Shown: piece by piece, positions 13,101 to 26,300 of the stretch | Numbering within the stretch: the stretch's first letter is position 1 | Layout: each line of letters begins with the position of its first letter | From: Phoronis australis | Taxonomy: Eukaryota; Animalia; Phoronida | Reading direction: 5' to 3' | DNA: 64,000 bases | Assembly (NCBI GenBank): GCA_002633005.1 | Contig: NMRA01000193.1 | Coordinates: forward strand, 579,005 to 643,004 | Notes under the pieces: model-generated | The model's input: the letters and a program-made list of their open reading frames with translations, nothing else | What the model was told of the DNA's origin: nothing | Database searches by the model: none | Position numbers and translations under genes: made by a program

Positions 13101-13996
13101 GACGAGAATGTAAATGTCTGTGAAGCAATATGTGATCGTTGAGAATTGCAATTTATAGAACATGAGTATGTATTCGTTGGAATTCCAAAGTGAGATAAAG
13201 TGTCGTAATTTCCATTGTAGTAGAAGAAATGTGCATTCTTGCATCTCGCTTGATTTTCTTTAACACGCTAAAAGTTAAGCTCTTTGAGATCCAGCAAAGT
13301 CATACAATCACGGCAAATCATGGGTATGAAGTCGTCTATTATTCCGGAACTTTTAAGAACTTTTGACTGACGGAAAATCAAAAAAGTACCAACAACTTAC
13401 CAAATTCTATAACTCATTCATCAGTTCAGGTTGAATTGTGATCTCTCAAATTTGCATTTGAAATCTATGCTGATACTCTGGCCACAAGGGGGCTTGTCTG
13501 TCTCTAAATATTTAGCAATACTCTTGATTTGGAGTAATTACTTAACACCGAATTATACAATTAGAAAACTTTGGTAAGTAATAATATAACAACCAATTAA
13601 ATAATTCAGTACGTGCACGTTTATGTTTCTTTTTCCTAACGATGTAATGAGTGGCTTTCTACCAGTAGCCGCAATGTCCTTATCTCTCTTGTTTTCAAAG
13701 TGAATAACAAAAATATAGAAACCATACGAATCCAGACTAGTGTTCCAGAACTTTATCAACAGATTATTTTTCATTTTATTTTTGTACATTTAAAGCACTT
13801 CTGCCACCTTTGTTATGCAAATATTGTGAGCTGTAGAGAAGTGTTGTCTTTAAATCACATCACTGTTAAAAAATAGAAAACAATTATGATAACAGATATC
13901 ACATGAAATGTAACATCGGTTAAGTGGAAGGTCAAGACAACGGTGGATAAGTGAGTACAGTCACTTCTAACGGGAAAAGTACTAGAACGAATTTTT

Positions 13997-14662
13997 TTAA
14001 CTCTTCTCAAAATGCACACTCAGATAACCAAAAATAAAACGTTCACAGACCGGATTTGCATTCAAGCTATATTGAACTGTACGTCGATTACTAACATTCG
14101 AACTTAATGTGAAACAACGAAATGAGATACGACGCACAGTAACGAGCAAGATCGGCCTTACTCGCTTTAAAGAAACATGAAACGCGTCACAAATATCTTT
14201 TAAACAATTCCTTACGAAAGTGCCATCTCGCAACGATTAATACAGGGTAATTCACTTTCTCCTGTGAGGAAAATTCCAGAAAAAAATCACAAAATTCAAG
14301 ATTTTTGAAATACTAGCGAAGGAAAAACTCTGTGGTTACCACTGAATTTGTAATCTCCCTCCCACAGAGGTGAGCAGTTGACACATCGTTTTTTGAAATT
14401 TGAAACTAAAAGAAAATGTCTTGATATCAACTGATATTAAAAACCTTGACGAACAAATCCTAAAAATACCTGGTGAGCAGGTTGAATTCATTTTCAATTG
14501 CAGATAACGACTTTCAATATTGTTATTTAGTCGGCTTGTTGCGTTCCAGGTCTCTTTAAAGCCTTGCGGAAGAGCCAAACTGCTACAAACTCGGCAGCGA
14601 AGACAAACAACAAGTAGCATGTCGAGAAGAACAAAGAATCTGCTGTAAGCTATTTGTCGCAC
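13997..14662 (-). pseudogene. Decayed secreted or membrane LRR protein fragment
   Basis: Hydrophobic leader FFVLLDMLLVVCL, then CRVCSSLALPQG..LNNNIES..PGIF, FKNLEF.D..., SLRDGTF and SLNANP spread across shifting frames. Confidence 0.35.
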
Positions 14663-15256
14663 ACTGGAAGGCGTGTGTAATCACTAATTGTCACAACGGC
14701 AGAAACTATTTCAACTTCTAAATTGTAACGATGCGTGTAAACGTAGCAGACCCAAATTGTCACAATTTCTGAGGGGTGGGGGGTATTTTGGGCGGTTGCA
14801 CAGGACCAAATTGTTTCAACGGTCCGACTTGTCCCAGTAACGTACATCAGTGTAATGTTATACCTACAACGATGGGATATTCCACCACGAAGGCGCCTTG
14901 AAATAACAAAAATGAGTAAATTTTTGACGTAAAGGCTCATGTATTGTGTTTAACACTAACAACAGTTGGCAAATTGAGAGGTTCCATGTATATAACAGAT
15001 TAGGAATTCATTTTTCCTCTAAGAAAATGTAACGATCATTAAGTATTTTAACCTCATTAAACAACAATGGCTTCCATAATGTTGATGTTGCAAGATTGAT
15101 ATAGACGCCTTGTAGAGTCACACATTCTAGACCTATTTTTGTTTGACTCCATCACTAACTTTCACTTTCATTCTATTCCATCATCTATACAGGGTGAAAA
15201 CGATTCCATTGACGCGTCAATTAATTTGAGCTACTATTCCTTTATCTCAAGTCTCA

Positions 15257-15520
15257 GACCAGCAAACATCAAATCTGCGGTACAAATTCCAGACTCGTGC
15301 CCCTACACTCAATACACGCGCCAAAACTGCTCTACACCTGGTGATCGAACTCCATACCCGCCAAGGACCTTAGACTGCAGGAGAGGAATCTTGTTACCAG
15401 CACCAAAGTTTGGACCATGGGTATCGAAATTGGTCACCAGGTATGGAGCATTTTCGGAAAGTGTGCGGAGTTTAGGGCTCGTACCTGGGATCTCTACCTT
15501 GAGTGTGTTGTTTGCTGGTC
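15257..15520. repeat. Old foldback (palindromic MITE-like) element
   Basis: ~100-bp diverged inverted arms, GACCAGCAAACA...CCTGGTGA...ATACC and GGTAT...TCACCAGG...TGTTTGCTGGTC. Confidence 0.6.
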
Positions 15521-17182
15521 ACGGACTGGGGCTTAGGAGATTGAAGCTAGTATTTAGGGGAGTAGGCCTGGTTTCATTTTATGTAATAAGCTGATTTATC
15601 AGAGTTACGGAAGAAGTAATTCGTGGGGAAAGGGAGTAAATTAGTGCGGAATTACCGGAATTATAGAAGGCGTGTGCGGGATGTTTCACTGGCACTGGTA
15701 GACTTTTCTTGTCCAGTTTCCCACGGAAAGGTAACTGTTTGAATTCAATATACAAAGAGTTCATTTTATGTGCTAGTAGCTCTACAAATATGTTCTTAAG
15801 AACTCAACAGAAGAGTTTCATCTACTTAAGTTTGCTTTAAAACAATTCAAAAGATCGTTAATTAAAGGTTGAAAGACTTGTGCTATGGAAACAAACCTTT
15901 ACACACAAACGTCGAATTAATGACTCACTTAAACAGTACTATCTAGAGATAGTGGACTCTCTGAAAGAGCAGGTATACTACCACTGCAACATCCCAGTGG
16001 TACACCCCTGTCGAAGTAGTGAAGACAGTGCTCTCACATACAGGGACGGAGGAACAGAGGTAGGGAGGGAGCTGCAATTGTATCTCTTATACGCTCAAGA
16101 TGTGACCTAAAGAAGGCCTGGGACGCGAAAAAAGAGTGCATTATTCAAATTGGTTCTCTGTCACTGAAACAGAAGTAAAACTGTTCACTGTTTTTGCGGT
16201 TTGTTGTAAACATTTTGAATTTCTGTTGATGTCAAAACATTTTTCTTTCAGTTTCATACCTTATAAAACAAATAGACGAGAGCCCGGTGTCGGAACGGTC
16301 GACTAATGGGGAGTTACTTGGAAGTACTTTGACATATGGAATTTGGAATATATAGATTTACTGGCACTTTTTCGATTTTAAAAAAGAATAAGTAAGTGAC
16401 ATATATTTAAAATGTTTACTTCTTTAGAGAAAATCACCGTTTGTTGTGGAAAACGAAAGGTAAGCACGATCTCATCGCATGTTTTCATCAAAATATTCAA
16501 CAGTAGATAAAAGTAATCTGTAAACAATAAACTAGACTAGTAAATCTGAATAACCACTGTTGTTTTTCAGGAATAAAACGGGATAGATATGGTATGCCTA
16601 TTGTTAAACCTCGTGGAACTTTGATTATTGTGAAACACTCACACAGGAGTGAGCAGAAATATAGAGGCTTCTGCGACCACAGTACATAACAGTCTCATTT
16701 AATATGCTAATCTGCTATGAACGGACTTTGTGACGTCTTCCAGATGTTTTATTTGCAAATTCCGTTTATTACAACAACATCTGCAAAACCATTTATTTTA
16801 CACCAATGAATAAAATTACATCAAATTACCCCGTTATCGAATCATTGTGTGCTAATATACGTATATGGTACAAAAGCTGACACTGATGATCAGATCAGAG
16901 TACATAAAAGAAAGGCAAATCGATGGTCAAAAGACAAACTTTCAAACAACAAGTGACCCAATAGACATCATATACAAACTTACAGGTAAGCCAAGCAAAA
17001 CAGAATGAATTTGGATACCACGATCGATGACATTTCTGCCAATGCACTTAAACGAGATCTCAAATATTTATATACAAACTACAAACGTTACATGCTTGAA
17101 ACTTGCGTATAACACCGCAATTTTTTTAACAGTATCTCACGTAATAAAACTGCAAAGCAGGCGTTTTTTTTTTTCACTGTGN

Positions 17183-17345
17183 CACCATTTATGATTATAC
17201 TAACGCTATTGCGGTTAAGTTCCGCTAACTGATCCGCTAGGGCTTTGAAGTAGAGTTTTCTTTCAGTTGGAGATTGAGAAGGTGAGCGATAAAACAACCC
17301 ATAGTAAATTTTTCTGCAAAGCAGGCGTCGTACGCTAATTTCTCA
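17183..17345 (-). mobile_element. APE-type endonuclease fragment of a LINE
   Basis: KIYYGLFYRSPSQ...YFKALADQLAEL...IIING fits the YRxP...IxGD motif. It is cut at the N at 17182. Confidence 0.5.
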
Positions 17346-18559
17346 CATGACCAGGAATGTGTTACGACGCGACTGGTTAATAACACCGAGCATGTAACTG
17401 TTTGATAATACATTGGCGAATCGCGAAGTAGTACAAAGTTGAAATCGATACGCCTTACAATAATTTAATCGTCTGCAACACTAATACCAACAACCAAACG
17501 AGCGCTTACCAAACAATGTCGGAATTCCGTGAAGGTGACTAAGTTATGATTGACAAATCCACTGTCAAACTGTGTGTACTCCCAGTCGAAAGGACATGCA
17601 AACAACTTGTTAAACGGACCCATCTTCGGCGGCGAATTCCATATGCAATTTCGCTCAAACTGAGACGAACCTCAACTGAGACTGTCTACGCCGTGCTGTC
17701 TCTATGTCAATTCAGTGCTCAAGCGCGGGGAAGCCCAATTACAACTTCGAAGACTACTTATTAGATTCTAACCTGAACATTTGTAACGAAAGCTGAATGA
17801 AATTTACAATTGTTAAGTTTAAAATAAAAATATTAACAAAAAGTAACCAAGTTACATTGCGCAAGTGTGTTTTTACAAAAGTTGCGTCATGTGGTTGAAA
17901 GTTTTATATACGTCGAGTTTTTCGGCAAAAAAGAAAGTTTCTATGGTTCATGTGAGAAAACAAATCCTACACTCCTCTCATGTTTATGACAGGGTCAAAA
18001 CCTCTTAGAAATGTCCAAGAGGTTTTGCCCATGCCACAAACCCGAGACTTGTTTAAAATTCTCTGTCTCTCAGCCATGCTTTCTTTGTTACAGGCAAAGG
18101 TCGAGGGACTTTGCACACACCAGGAAGATCGAAATGGTCTTCATTTAATTTTCCTTACTTGCACTATAAAGTGGACGAGTAACATGACTGCTGCGGTAGC
18201 GAATAATGTAAGTTGTAACTGACTGTCGTTTATAATTAGACAACCTTTATAATTTGCAGCTGTTCAAGGAAGACGGCAGTGAATATAGATAATAATTTTC
18301 ACTCGTTTTCACCATGGTGTTAAATACACCACTTAATACTTATAGTCTACAAATCTATTCTAGCAAGTTCTAGGAACCAGACCCCTTTAGTACGAATAAA
18401 TTTGTACAATTTATTTAAAGTAGCTTGTTAAAAACGAAAATCGAATAAGACGTAGTACTCTCATAAACTCGGCCTCATGATATTCCTTACCGAGGTATGA
18501 ATCTATTTCCGTTACAAACAAGAACATCAAAACCATCAACGACTCAAGAAATCGCTTTA

Positions 18560-18672
18560 CATCGGACTTGGTAGGAACTAACCAGCAGTTGGATATGAAG
18601 CATGAAGGGCTCTATAATGGTATTTGCCCAAATAAGAGGATTTATGTCAGAGTGCCATAAATCTCATTATTG
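18560..18672 (+). repeat. 113-bp direct repeat, copy 1
   Basis: Matches 23285-23397 with 2 mismatches. Confidence 0.95.
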
Positions 18673-18799
18673 GGGACAAATAAAAGAACAAGAATAATAT
18701 TTTAAGTTGTATTGGGGATTTCAGGGTCACAGCTCTACAAATAAATATTTCACAGAAGGAACCAGATGGGTTCCTTAATTACAAGAGATAACACACATT

Positions 18800-19020
18800 T
18801 CCGATACCCAAAGTGTAACTGAGTATCGGATACTAAGTGGCACAGGTTAGCATAGTACCAAATGGGTACATAATACCAAATGGGTATTGGCCGATTGCCT
18901 ACCAACTGGGTCGAGCAAAGCGGCAAATTCAATAACAAGTACCAAGTGGGTACAAACTGCCAAATGGGCAAATATCATATAAAGTACCAAGTGGGTACAC
19001 CAAACAGCCAACTGGGCTAT
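18800..19020. repeat. Short-period array of CCAA(A/G/C)TGGG units (like the internal arrays of Helentron/MITE elements)
   Basis: At least seven CCAANTGGG copies, several within GTACCAANTGGGTAC palindromic units. Confidence 0.6.
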
Positions 19021-19974
19021 AACAACCTGCAAAGCAGGTTCCGGACAAGCTGAGTGAGCAGACCAGCCGGAGTGATAAAAAGAGATATTGTAAGAAACGT
19101 GGTGTTGTGGCTCAGTATGTGCCACATGGGCAGGGTTGTTCATGGATGAACAATCCTGTCCACCGCCACAACTCACGTGGGGGCCGTGACCCTGGTAGGG
19201 GAGTGACAGGGGATGGGAGAAAAAGGTAGTCACAAGCAATGAGAAAAGGACTAATACCAGTCCCGGATTTGACTCCATATTCATTGAAGCTGCCCCCCCC
19301 CCCCGCCCTCCGGGATGCAGGCACGATGTTAGACTTGGGGCACGGCACACGAGGACAGATTGGATACCTCACGGTGAACAGTACCGCTCCCGCCAAGCTC
19401 GAAGCCCAGCCACACCCTGGTCGCCGAGAGAAAGTTGTGATTGGTGCACATTACAGGCATCTCTACTGACCCCATACCACACTCACCTAGCACTGCTATG
19501 CCTTAACTACAAGGGAAATTGCAGCACATAACGGTGCAAGCACAAACCTACCTGGAGGACCTGCGGTGGTTCCCACCCGAGCATCGCATGGGACAGGACC
19601 ACCCTGCACTCCCGGCCGGGCTTTCCCCGGGTCCAAGCCGCCCCCAAAGGTCAACTAACCCAAACTCATATCGCGGCAAATCCAAGCGAAATTCAGCCAG
19701 TTTAGGGCACACTTTAGTACCCCAAGTTTAGTGCCCCCCAATTATTACGAATCTAATGCATCATGTACGTGTATGAGCTAGGGTAGAGCAGCCGAAGAGA
19801 ACTGACGTTCAGGTTCCTATGTGCGAAGGTGTTGGTATTGCGGTGGAACAATTAACTTGCGTAGCAGAAGAGGTAAGCGTTGTGACGATGGCTGGGGAGT
19901 GACCTCACACGGAAGCATGTGCTGTTAGGGAAACTCGCTGCAAAATTGTACTGAGAACAGAAAGATTGTAGATT

Positions 19975-20330
19975 TCTTTTTATAAAACATTTTTATTTAG
20001 TTTTTTTTTAAATTTTCATTTGTATTCTTTTTTAATATTTTATGTAAATTTTAGAATATTTTTTTAAATTTATTTTTTAATATTATTTTACTTTTTTAAA
20101 TATATATTTTTTATTTAGTTTTTATATTTGTTATTTTTTAAATAGTTTGATTTGTTTTTATTTTTTTTAATTTCTCATATTTTCATTTGTGTGTTTTTTA
20201 AATATTTTATGTAAATTTTGAAATATTTTATTTATTTATTTTTTTAATATTATTTTACTTTTTTAAATATATATTTTTATTTAGTTTTTTTAAATAGTTT
20301 GATTTGTTTTTATTTTTTTATTTTTTATAT
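19975..20330. repeat. T-rich low-complexity tract with an internal direct duplication
   Basis: The block TTTTCATTTGT...ATATATTTTTATTTAG occurs at ~20013 and again at ~20180. Confidence 0.85.
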
Positions 20331-22032
20331 AAGTTAGAAAAGAAGTAATGGTGCAGGAAAGGTAAAAGACCATCAGCATGGGAGATGTTATTTCATATAA
20401 ATATTATGAACAGATCTAAAATCATTATTCAAACAGTCCTATTTATTTGCTGATGCTTTAAAGATGAAAACTGACCGATTGATAAAAGTCATTAATTAAA
20501 ACCATGTATCAAGCTATTGGCCACAGACAGACCTTCATACGGAAACTTGCATGTCTACTATATGTCTAAGAAAAATACCTATAAACATCCTACAGAACAC
20601 AACTATACGAGAGAGGAGAGAGCAACAGGCTCTCAGGAATAATGATACCCCGAGTCGTATAAAATAGACAACATCAAGTACACAAATCAGGAAGCAACTT
20701 GGTCTACAAAATATGATTGGCAGTAAAGGCCTAGCAACCTATCATTGTGTTCAACGAATATCCTAGAGCTAAGCAAAAGGACAAATAACATTTGTGCTGT
20801 CGATGTCAGGAAAAGATGGTCATAACTAGTTAGGAAATGCAATTAAGCCTAGGGTTCTGGTATCATGAAAATTTAGTCTAGAAAGTTCCATTGCTGGCAC
20901 GAGGTCATCAGCACTATGCAACAGGTTATTATGTAATTACATAAGAGTGAAACCACAGGCTGGCCCATTACCATGAAATCTGGGTCAATGAGCGCTGCAA
21001 CTGAATTTGGGCTAGTGTGATCCCAGTGTGCTTTGGTGACAAAATTTTAGGAAGTAGGTTAGGCACATTTGCGTGCAATATAGGTTAACAAAATGAAAGG
21101 TTACAAGATTTTGAAATCGTAAATTAAAAATCTTGTGTTAAAATATGTCAGACATTACCGGTAATCTGATATGATTTATACGCCTAAACGGGCAGATGTA
21201 ACCCACTAGTGTGAGTGACGCGTTTTCAAAAACTTGGCGCAGTGACATGGATACTGTTTAGGCCTACTAATAGCCCGGGTGTAGTGGATCCTGGGTTGCA
21301 GATGAAAACGACCCTACTTCAGCGGGTAAGGACAACTGTTAGAGTGACTGGCTTAGTCCTAATTACACCGAAATGAACTAGTATATACGAAAATCGTAAA
21401 ATTAAAGGAAACAGCTTAAGCCGGTCATGCCCTCGCTCTGGAGGCACTCGAGCGCAGATTTCGTACGACTAAGCTATACGCGCCTGGGCAGTGGACAACT
21501 TAGCAGGCATGTGAGACGTGATCTCATCGATCATAACGTCCGCCTATCTGCCACTACAGTAGTCGACTATTCGAAAATCGTCCTGGTGGGAAATACCCGA
21601 CCACGATGCTAGACGAAAACAAAAGTTGACGCATTACCGTAACTTAAGCGCGGTTGGAATAGGTTTAAATTATGCCGAGAGAACGAAATGTGAAGTATTA
21701 TGTGATAGCAATTGACACGAGTGTTTTAAAATGTTTAACACGTTTTGATGTTATTATTTTTATTTTATTAGTTTTGTTTTTCAATTATTATTTATTTAAT
21801 TTGTTTTTTAATTTTTTATTGATTTTTTTTCGTGCGTGGTAAAGTATATATATTTTTTAAGTGTTGTTCGGAAGGAAGTATGCCGGTCAAAAGCGTAGAT
21901 AAACATGGTAGGGTTAGGGCCGGTGACGAAGTACTTGAAAAGGCCTAACAAACAACATATCCAAGGGTGAGTACAGTATCTCCGTATCTTTCATGGAAAG
22001 TCGAATAAAATGTCAACAGTGACATCCAAAGG

Positions 22033-22207
22033 TTTTTTTTTTATTATTATTTATTATTATTATAATTATTTTTGACTTTTTATTATTATTTTTGTTATTA
22101 TTTTTTATTATTATTACTTTTTGTTTTTTTGTATTATTACTTTTTATTATTACTTTTTATTATTGTTTTGTTTTACTTAGTACCTAAATTTTATTACTAT
22201 TATTTTA
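22033..22207. repeat. (TTA)n-rich low-complexity tract
   Basis: Directly visible in the sequence. Confidence 0.85.
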
Positions 22208-23284
22208 CCCACCAAAGTGGTTGCGCGCTATATGAGGACACTTCCATGTGTTAGACGCGGCACTTTCGAGCTTTACCGCACCAGGCTTCAGGGCGATATG
22301 GGATAGATTCCCATCTAGGTCTTAACCATTGTAAATCCCATCTGTTTACATCCATAATACCTCCAGTCCTGTTGGAATAGTACCAACTCTAGTGTTATGT
22401 AATTCCAGTATCCGCCATGTACCCAAACCATAAGTACGTCTGGAGCCGAGGTCACACACTTGTCAAACCGCTGGCATTCAAGCTCGTTCTACATGGGTAT
22501 CCAGACCCCAACTGTGCTTCACTCCTTGTTCAAGGCTTAAAATAGCTAGTGTCACGCACTATCGTCACGCGCTTCCCTCTGTCACGCGCTAGCCTTTGCC
22601 TAACGCGCGTGACTCAGTGGACATACTTTCGGTTATGGCGCGCGCGGTGAAAAAGTCAACGGGAACCAAAAAAGTGGAGTTGAAATTCTTCGGCAAAATC
22701 ACCCCAATCTCATAACTAAGCTTCATCGAAGATATGTATAGAAGTAAAATAAATGGATCCATGAAGAAATGAACCGCTTTTTAAGTGATAGTTTTAAGTG
22801 TGGAATGTATTTTTGACGAGGTTAAACTCAAAATCAGTGGCCGGATTTGGCCAGACGAAATGGTACAGAAAGCGATGAGAAGTATTCTAGCCCCCAACCG
22901 GCCAACCGAGGGGCTACGCGTTGACTAGCCCCTGTCCTACCAGCCCCGTTGATAACCTTTATACCTCGCCGCCGGGTCTCATCCCCAAAGCAGACGGCGA
23001 TTGTCACACGATATCCCACTTATACCCAGGGAAGTGGTGAAATGGCGAGGAATTGGTTTGGGTTTGAGGGATCATTAAAATCGAAAGAAATCGGCCGTTA
23101 GAAAAGCCACCTGTGGCTACAAATAATAAATAAGGGAAGTATCGTTTGTCCAGGACAATTAACGACGAACGGGAAGGAGTCTACTAGTTATAAACTTGTC
23201 TAATTAGGAAAACTTACGAGTGAATGTACTGTTGCTTGAGACTGGGCCAACAGGAAGCTGGAGAGAAAGAACAAACAGCGCAAC

Positions 23285-23397
23285 CATCGGACTTGGTAGG
23301 AACTAACCAGCAGTTGGATATGAAGCATGAAGGGCTCTATAATGGTATTTGCCCAAATAATAGGATTTATGTCAGAGTGCCATGAATCTCATTATTG
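23285..23397 (+). repeat. 113-bp direct repeat, copy 2
   Basis: Matches 18560-18672 with 2 mismatches. Confidence 0.95.
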
Positions 23398-26300
23398 ACA
23401 AAATGGCCATCCATAACGATTAATGAAAGTCCTTCTTGTGCTCATATCTTCGATATCAAGCTACACATGTCAAAGAATATTGATACTTTCACCCATCTTG
23501 ATATGGACAGCGAATTTAATGGAACTGTTTTGAAGGCGGATACATCGAAAATTTGCATAAATATGCAAACTGAGGTAGCCATTTTTGAAAATTGTGCTTG
23601 TCTATTTAGGTGCAGTATGAGGCACCACATGTAAATTATATTGAGAAGTACACACTTGTTTCTGCGATCCGTAAATTTGATGCAATATGTTTATTGGTTA
23701 TTGAATGATAGACAAATTTGCATAATTTATGCCATTATTTAATATTCTGTTTGTGCTCATAACTTTTTTACAGGGCACTACATGTAGATTATTTTGATAT
23801 TCGCACCCATGTTTTGTGGTCAATGCATGTAATGAAATCAGTTTGCAGGTAATTACCTCATGAATTTGTATAATTCGTGTACATTGTTACCAGCAAGATT
23901 AGTTTGATTCGTCGCGTTGGTTACATCACTTCATAATTTGAGACTTTTGTGTGACTGTACCATCCGAAATAAGATGTGGAATCATTTTCAGAAGTGTGAT
24001 CTAGTTATAGGTAATTGTCTCACTCTCATCGAAGTCGCTAAGATCACATACAGTGATATTCATACATAGCTTTTCTTTCACAACTACAACATCAAGCTTA
24101 ACAAACTTAAAAGACTTGCTTGAAAATTGTTCATGCATAACGTGGCATACTTAAAGCCTAATTTCAACGGAATTTTGTTATTTTAGGTGCATTGGGCTAA
24201 ACAGGTAGTCCTAGCAAAGTCTTAAAAATAAGAAAACGCGAGTTTAATGACGCAAATGTAGGCCCATCAAATAATAAGTGAAGCTACCTTTTCGTGTCTT
24301 ATGGCGTCACTGCCAGATCCCAGCACAAACAACAAAAGTCAGTTGTATTGAATAGGGGTCTGAATACACCACCTTTACGCGCGGGTGATTCTCGCGGTGT
24401 CTTTGACGTAGACAAAGGGAAACCAATAGGCCTAACAGTTCGTTATATTTGACAATTTATGGCACTAATGGGCTCAGAACGATGCTCTTAACATACTGTA
24501 TTGTAGGAATTAAATTTACAGGTGTTACCGTTCACGATAGGCGGCTTTAAAACATCACTTTTCATTTGCTTGTGGGACAGTTGTCATCAAAAGTTATGAT
24601 AAGTGTAATAAATACCTGGAGATGTCCGTGTTTATTCATTTTGACAAGCATGCATATTGTCAGGAAGCCATTACCAGTTTTGTTAATGTCTTCATGATAT
24701 TATCAATTACACTAAATTACATTAAATTATCATCGTCACAAATGTGACTAGGCAGCTGCATCTCAGCCCGAACCTTCATAAAAGTGTCAAAACCTGTGTC
24801 AAAACTTGAATTTTAATCTGTAGTGCTCGGTTAACCTGGCTAAAATTAAAAATCAAATTAGTAGGGCTTTTACTGTCATAAATGTGTCGCATACTTATTC
24901 TTTACCGTGAATGGATTCTATTTCTGTGACCAGCAAAATGGGATGGTACATTTACTGAGTGACTCGAGTCGGCAACGGAAAGGAATCCTGTCACTGAGAT
25001 CGTATTTTAGAAGAATTATAAAACAGAAAAAATTGTCAAAATTTAACTACACAATAAAATTATAGCAGTATCAAGGTAAAATGTCTGTAATAGACTTCAC
25101 ATTATAATACTGCATTACACGATGCTATCAAAATAGAAAAAAATTATCAACATCAGATTATTCTGTAGATATTTATATTAGAGACACTACATTATTAAGC
25201 GATTTTAAGCTAATGCCATCGGCAAACGCTCTTGTAATCCAGTTATTTTCAATCTAATGTTGAAGGGTTTGGCTCTCATAGACAAATTGATAGAATAAAC
25301 AACATTTACTAACGTGATAAACGGAAGAGCAGATTTCATCCAGGAAATTGTCACCATTGCAAATTGAAAATCATGTCTATCATTGTAATCAAAATGTCAA
25401 GCTATATCCTTCTCATTTCAACAAATTCATCTTAGTTATCTAAGTGTGGTCTACTTGAGTCGGTGCATATAATCAAACTACCCACAACTCAAAGGTCATC
25501 ATACCATAGAAGTCATCTTGCCTGCATTAGTTACGTCACTATAACTATCGGTCGTATAGATTTTGCTTCTAAAATAACTAAGGGGTGGAAACAATTCCAC
25601 CTCTAAAATACAGCTACGATCCCGCAAATTGCAGTTCCTGGTGAGAAGACACCAAACCCGCGGTACAAATCGACAGGTTTGTACCTCTGAACTATTAGCA
25701 CTCCCCGAAAAGGCTCCATACAAGGTGACCAAAGTCCATTCCCATAGGCTATAGTCTATGGCTGCACCCCTAATTCGTTGGTAGAATGTGGTCCCCGGAA
25801 CTAGGTCATCAGGTATGTAGAATTTTTGGAGCCTGTGTCAAGTTAAGGGATGTGAATCTGGGTATTTGGTGGCGGTAGTCTTGGACTGGAGATTAGAGGC
25901 ACTTACACAGACAATGTTTCCACCACCTGTAGTGTTTCTTATTACAGGTATATACCCAAACAGATTTTTAAATTAAGGCGGCCTTAATTTGCATAAATTA
26001 TACAAATTCAAGATTTATCTACATGTATCTTAGCTCCAGTGAATTCACTGACCTTGGAAACATCAAAATAATCTACCTTTGGCGCTTGATAAGGAAGATT
26101 TGTGCAAAAACAAGAATTTTGCATAATTTGGATATTTAAAATATGCTCAACCCAGGTAAAATGCTTCAGGAAGGCCACATATACTACCAAGAATTTCAAG
26201 GTCCCCCATGGGGATCCTATAATTGGCTACTAGAATTCTGGTGAGATTATGTGGTTCCTTTTGAAATACATGGCAATATTTCGTGAACTCTTGCGTGATT

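Noticed and set aside
22072-22254. Hydrophobic Y/F/L-rich ORF
   Set aside because: Translation of a (TTA)n low-complexity tract.
23398-26300. Possible DNA transposon with TTTGCATAA-rich ends
   Set aside because: Motif resemblance only; no precise TIR, TSD or transposase remnant was found.
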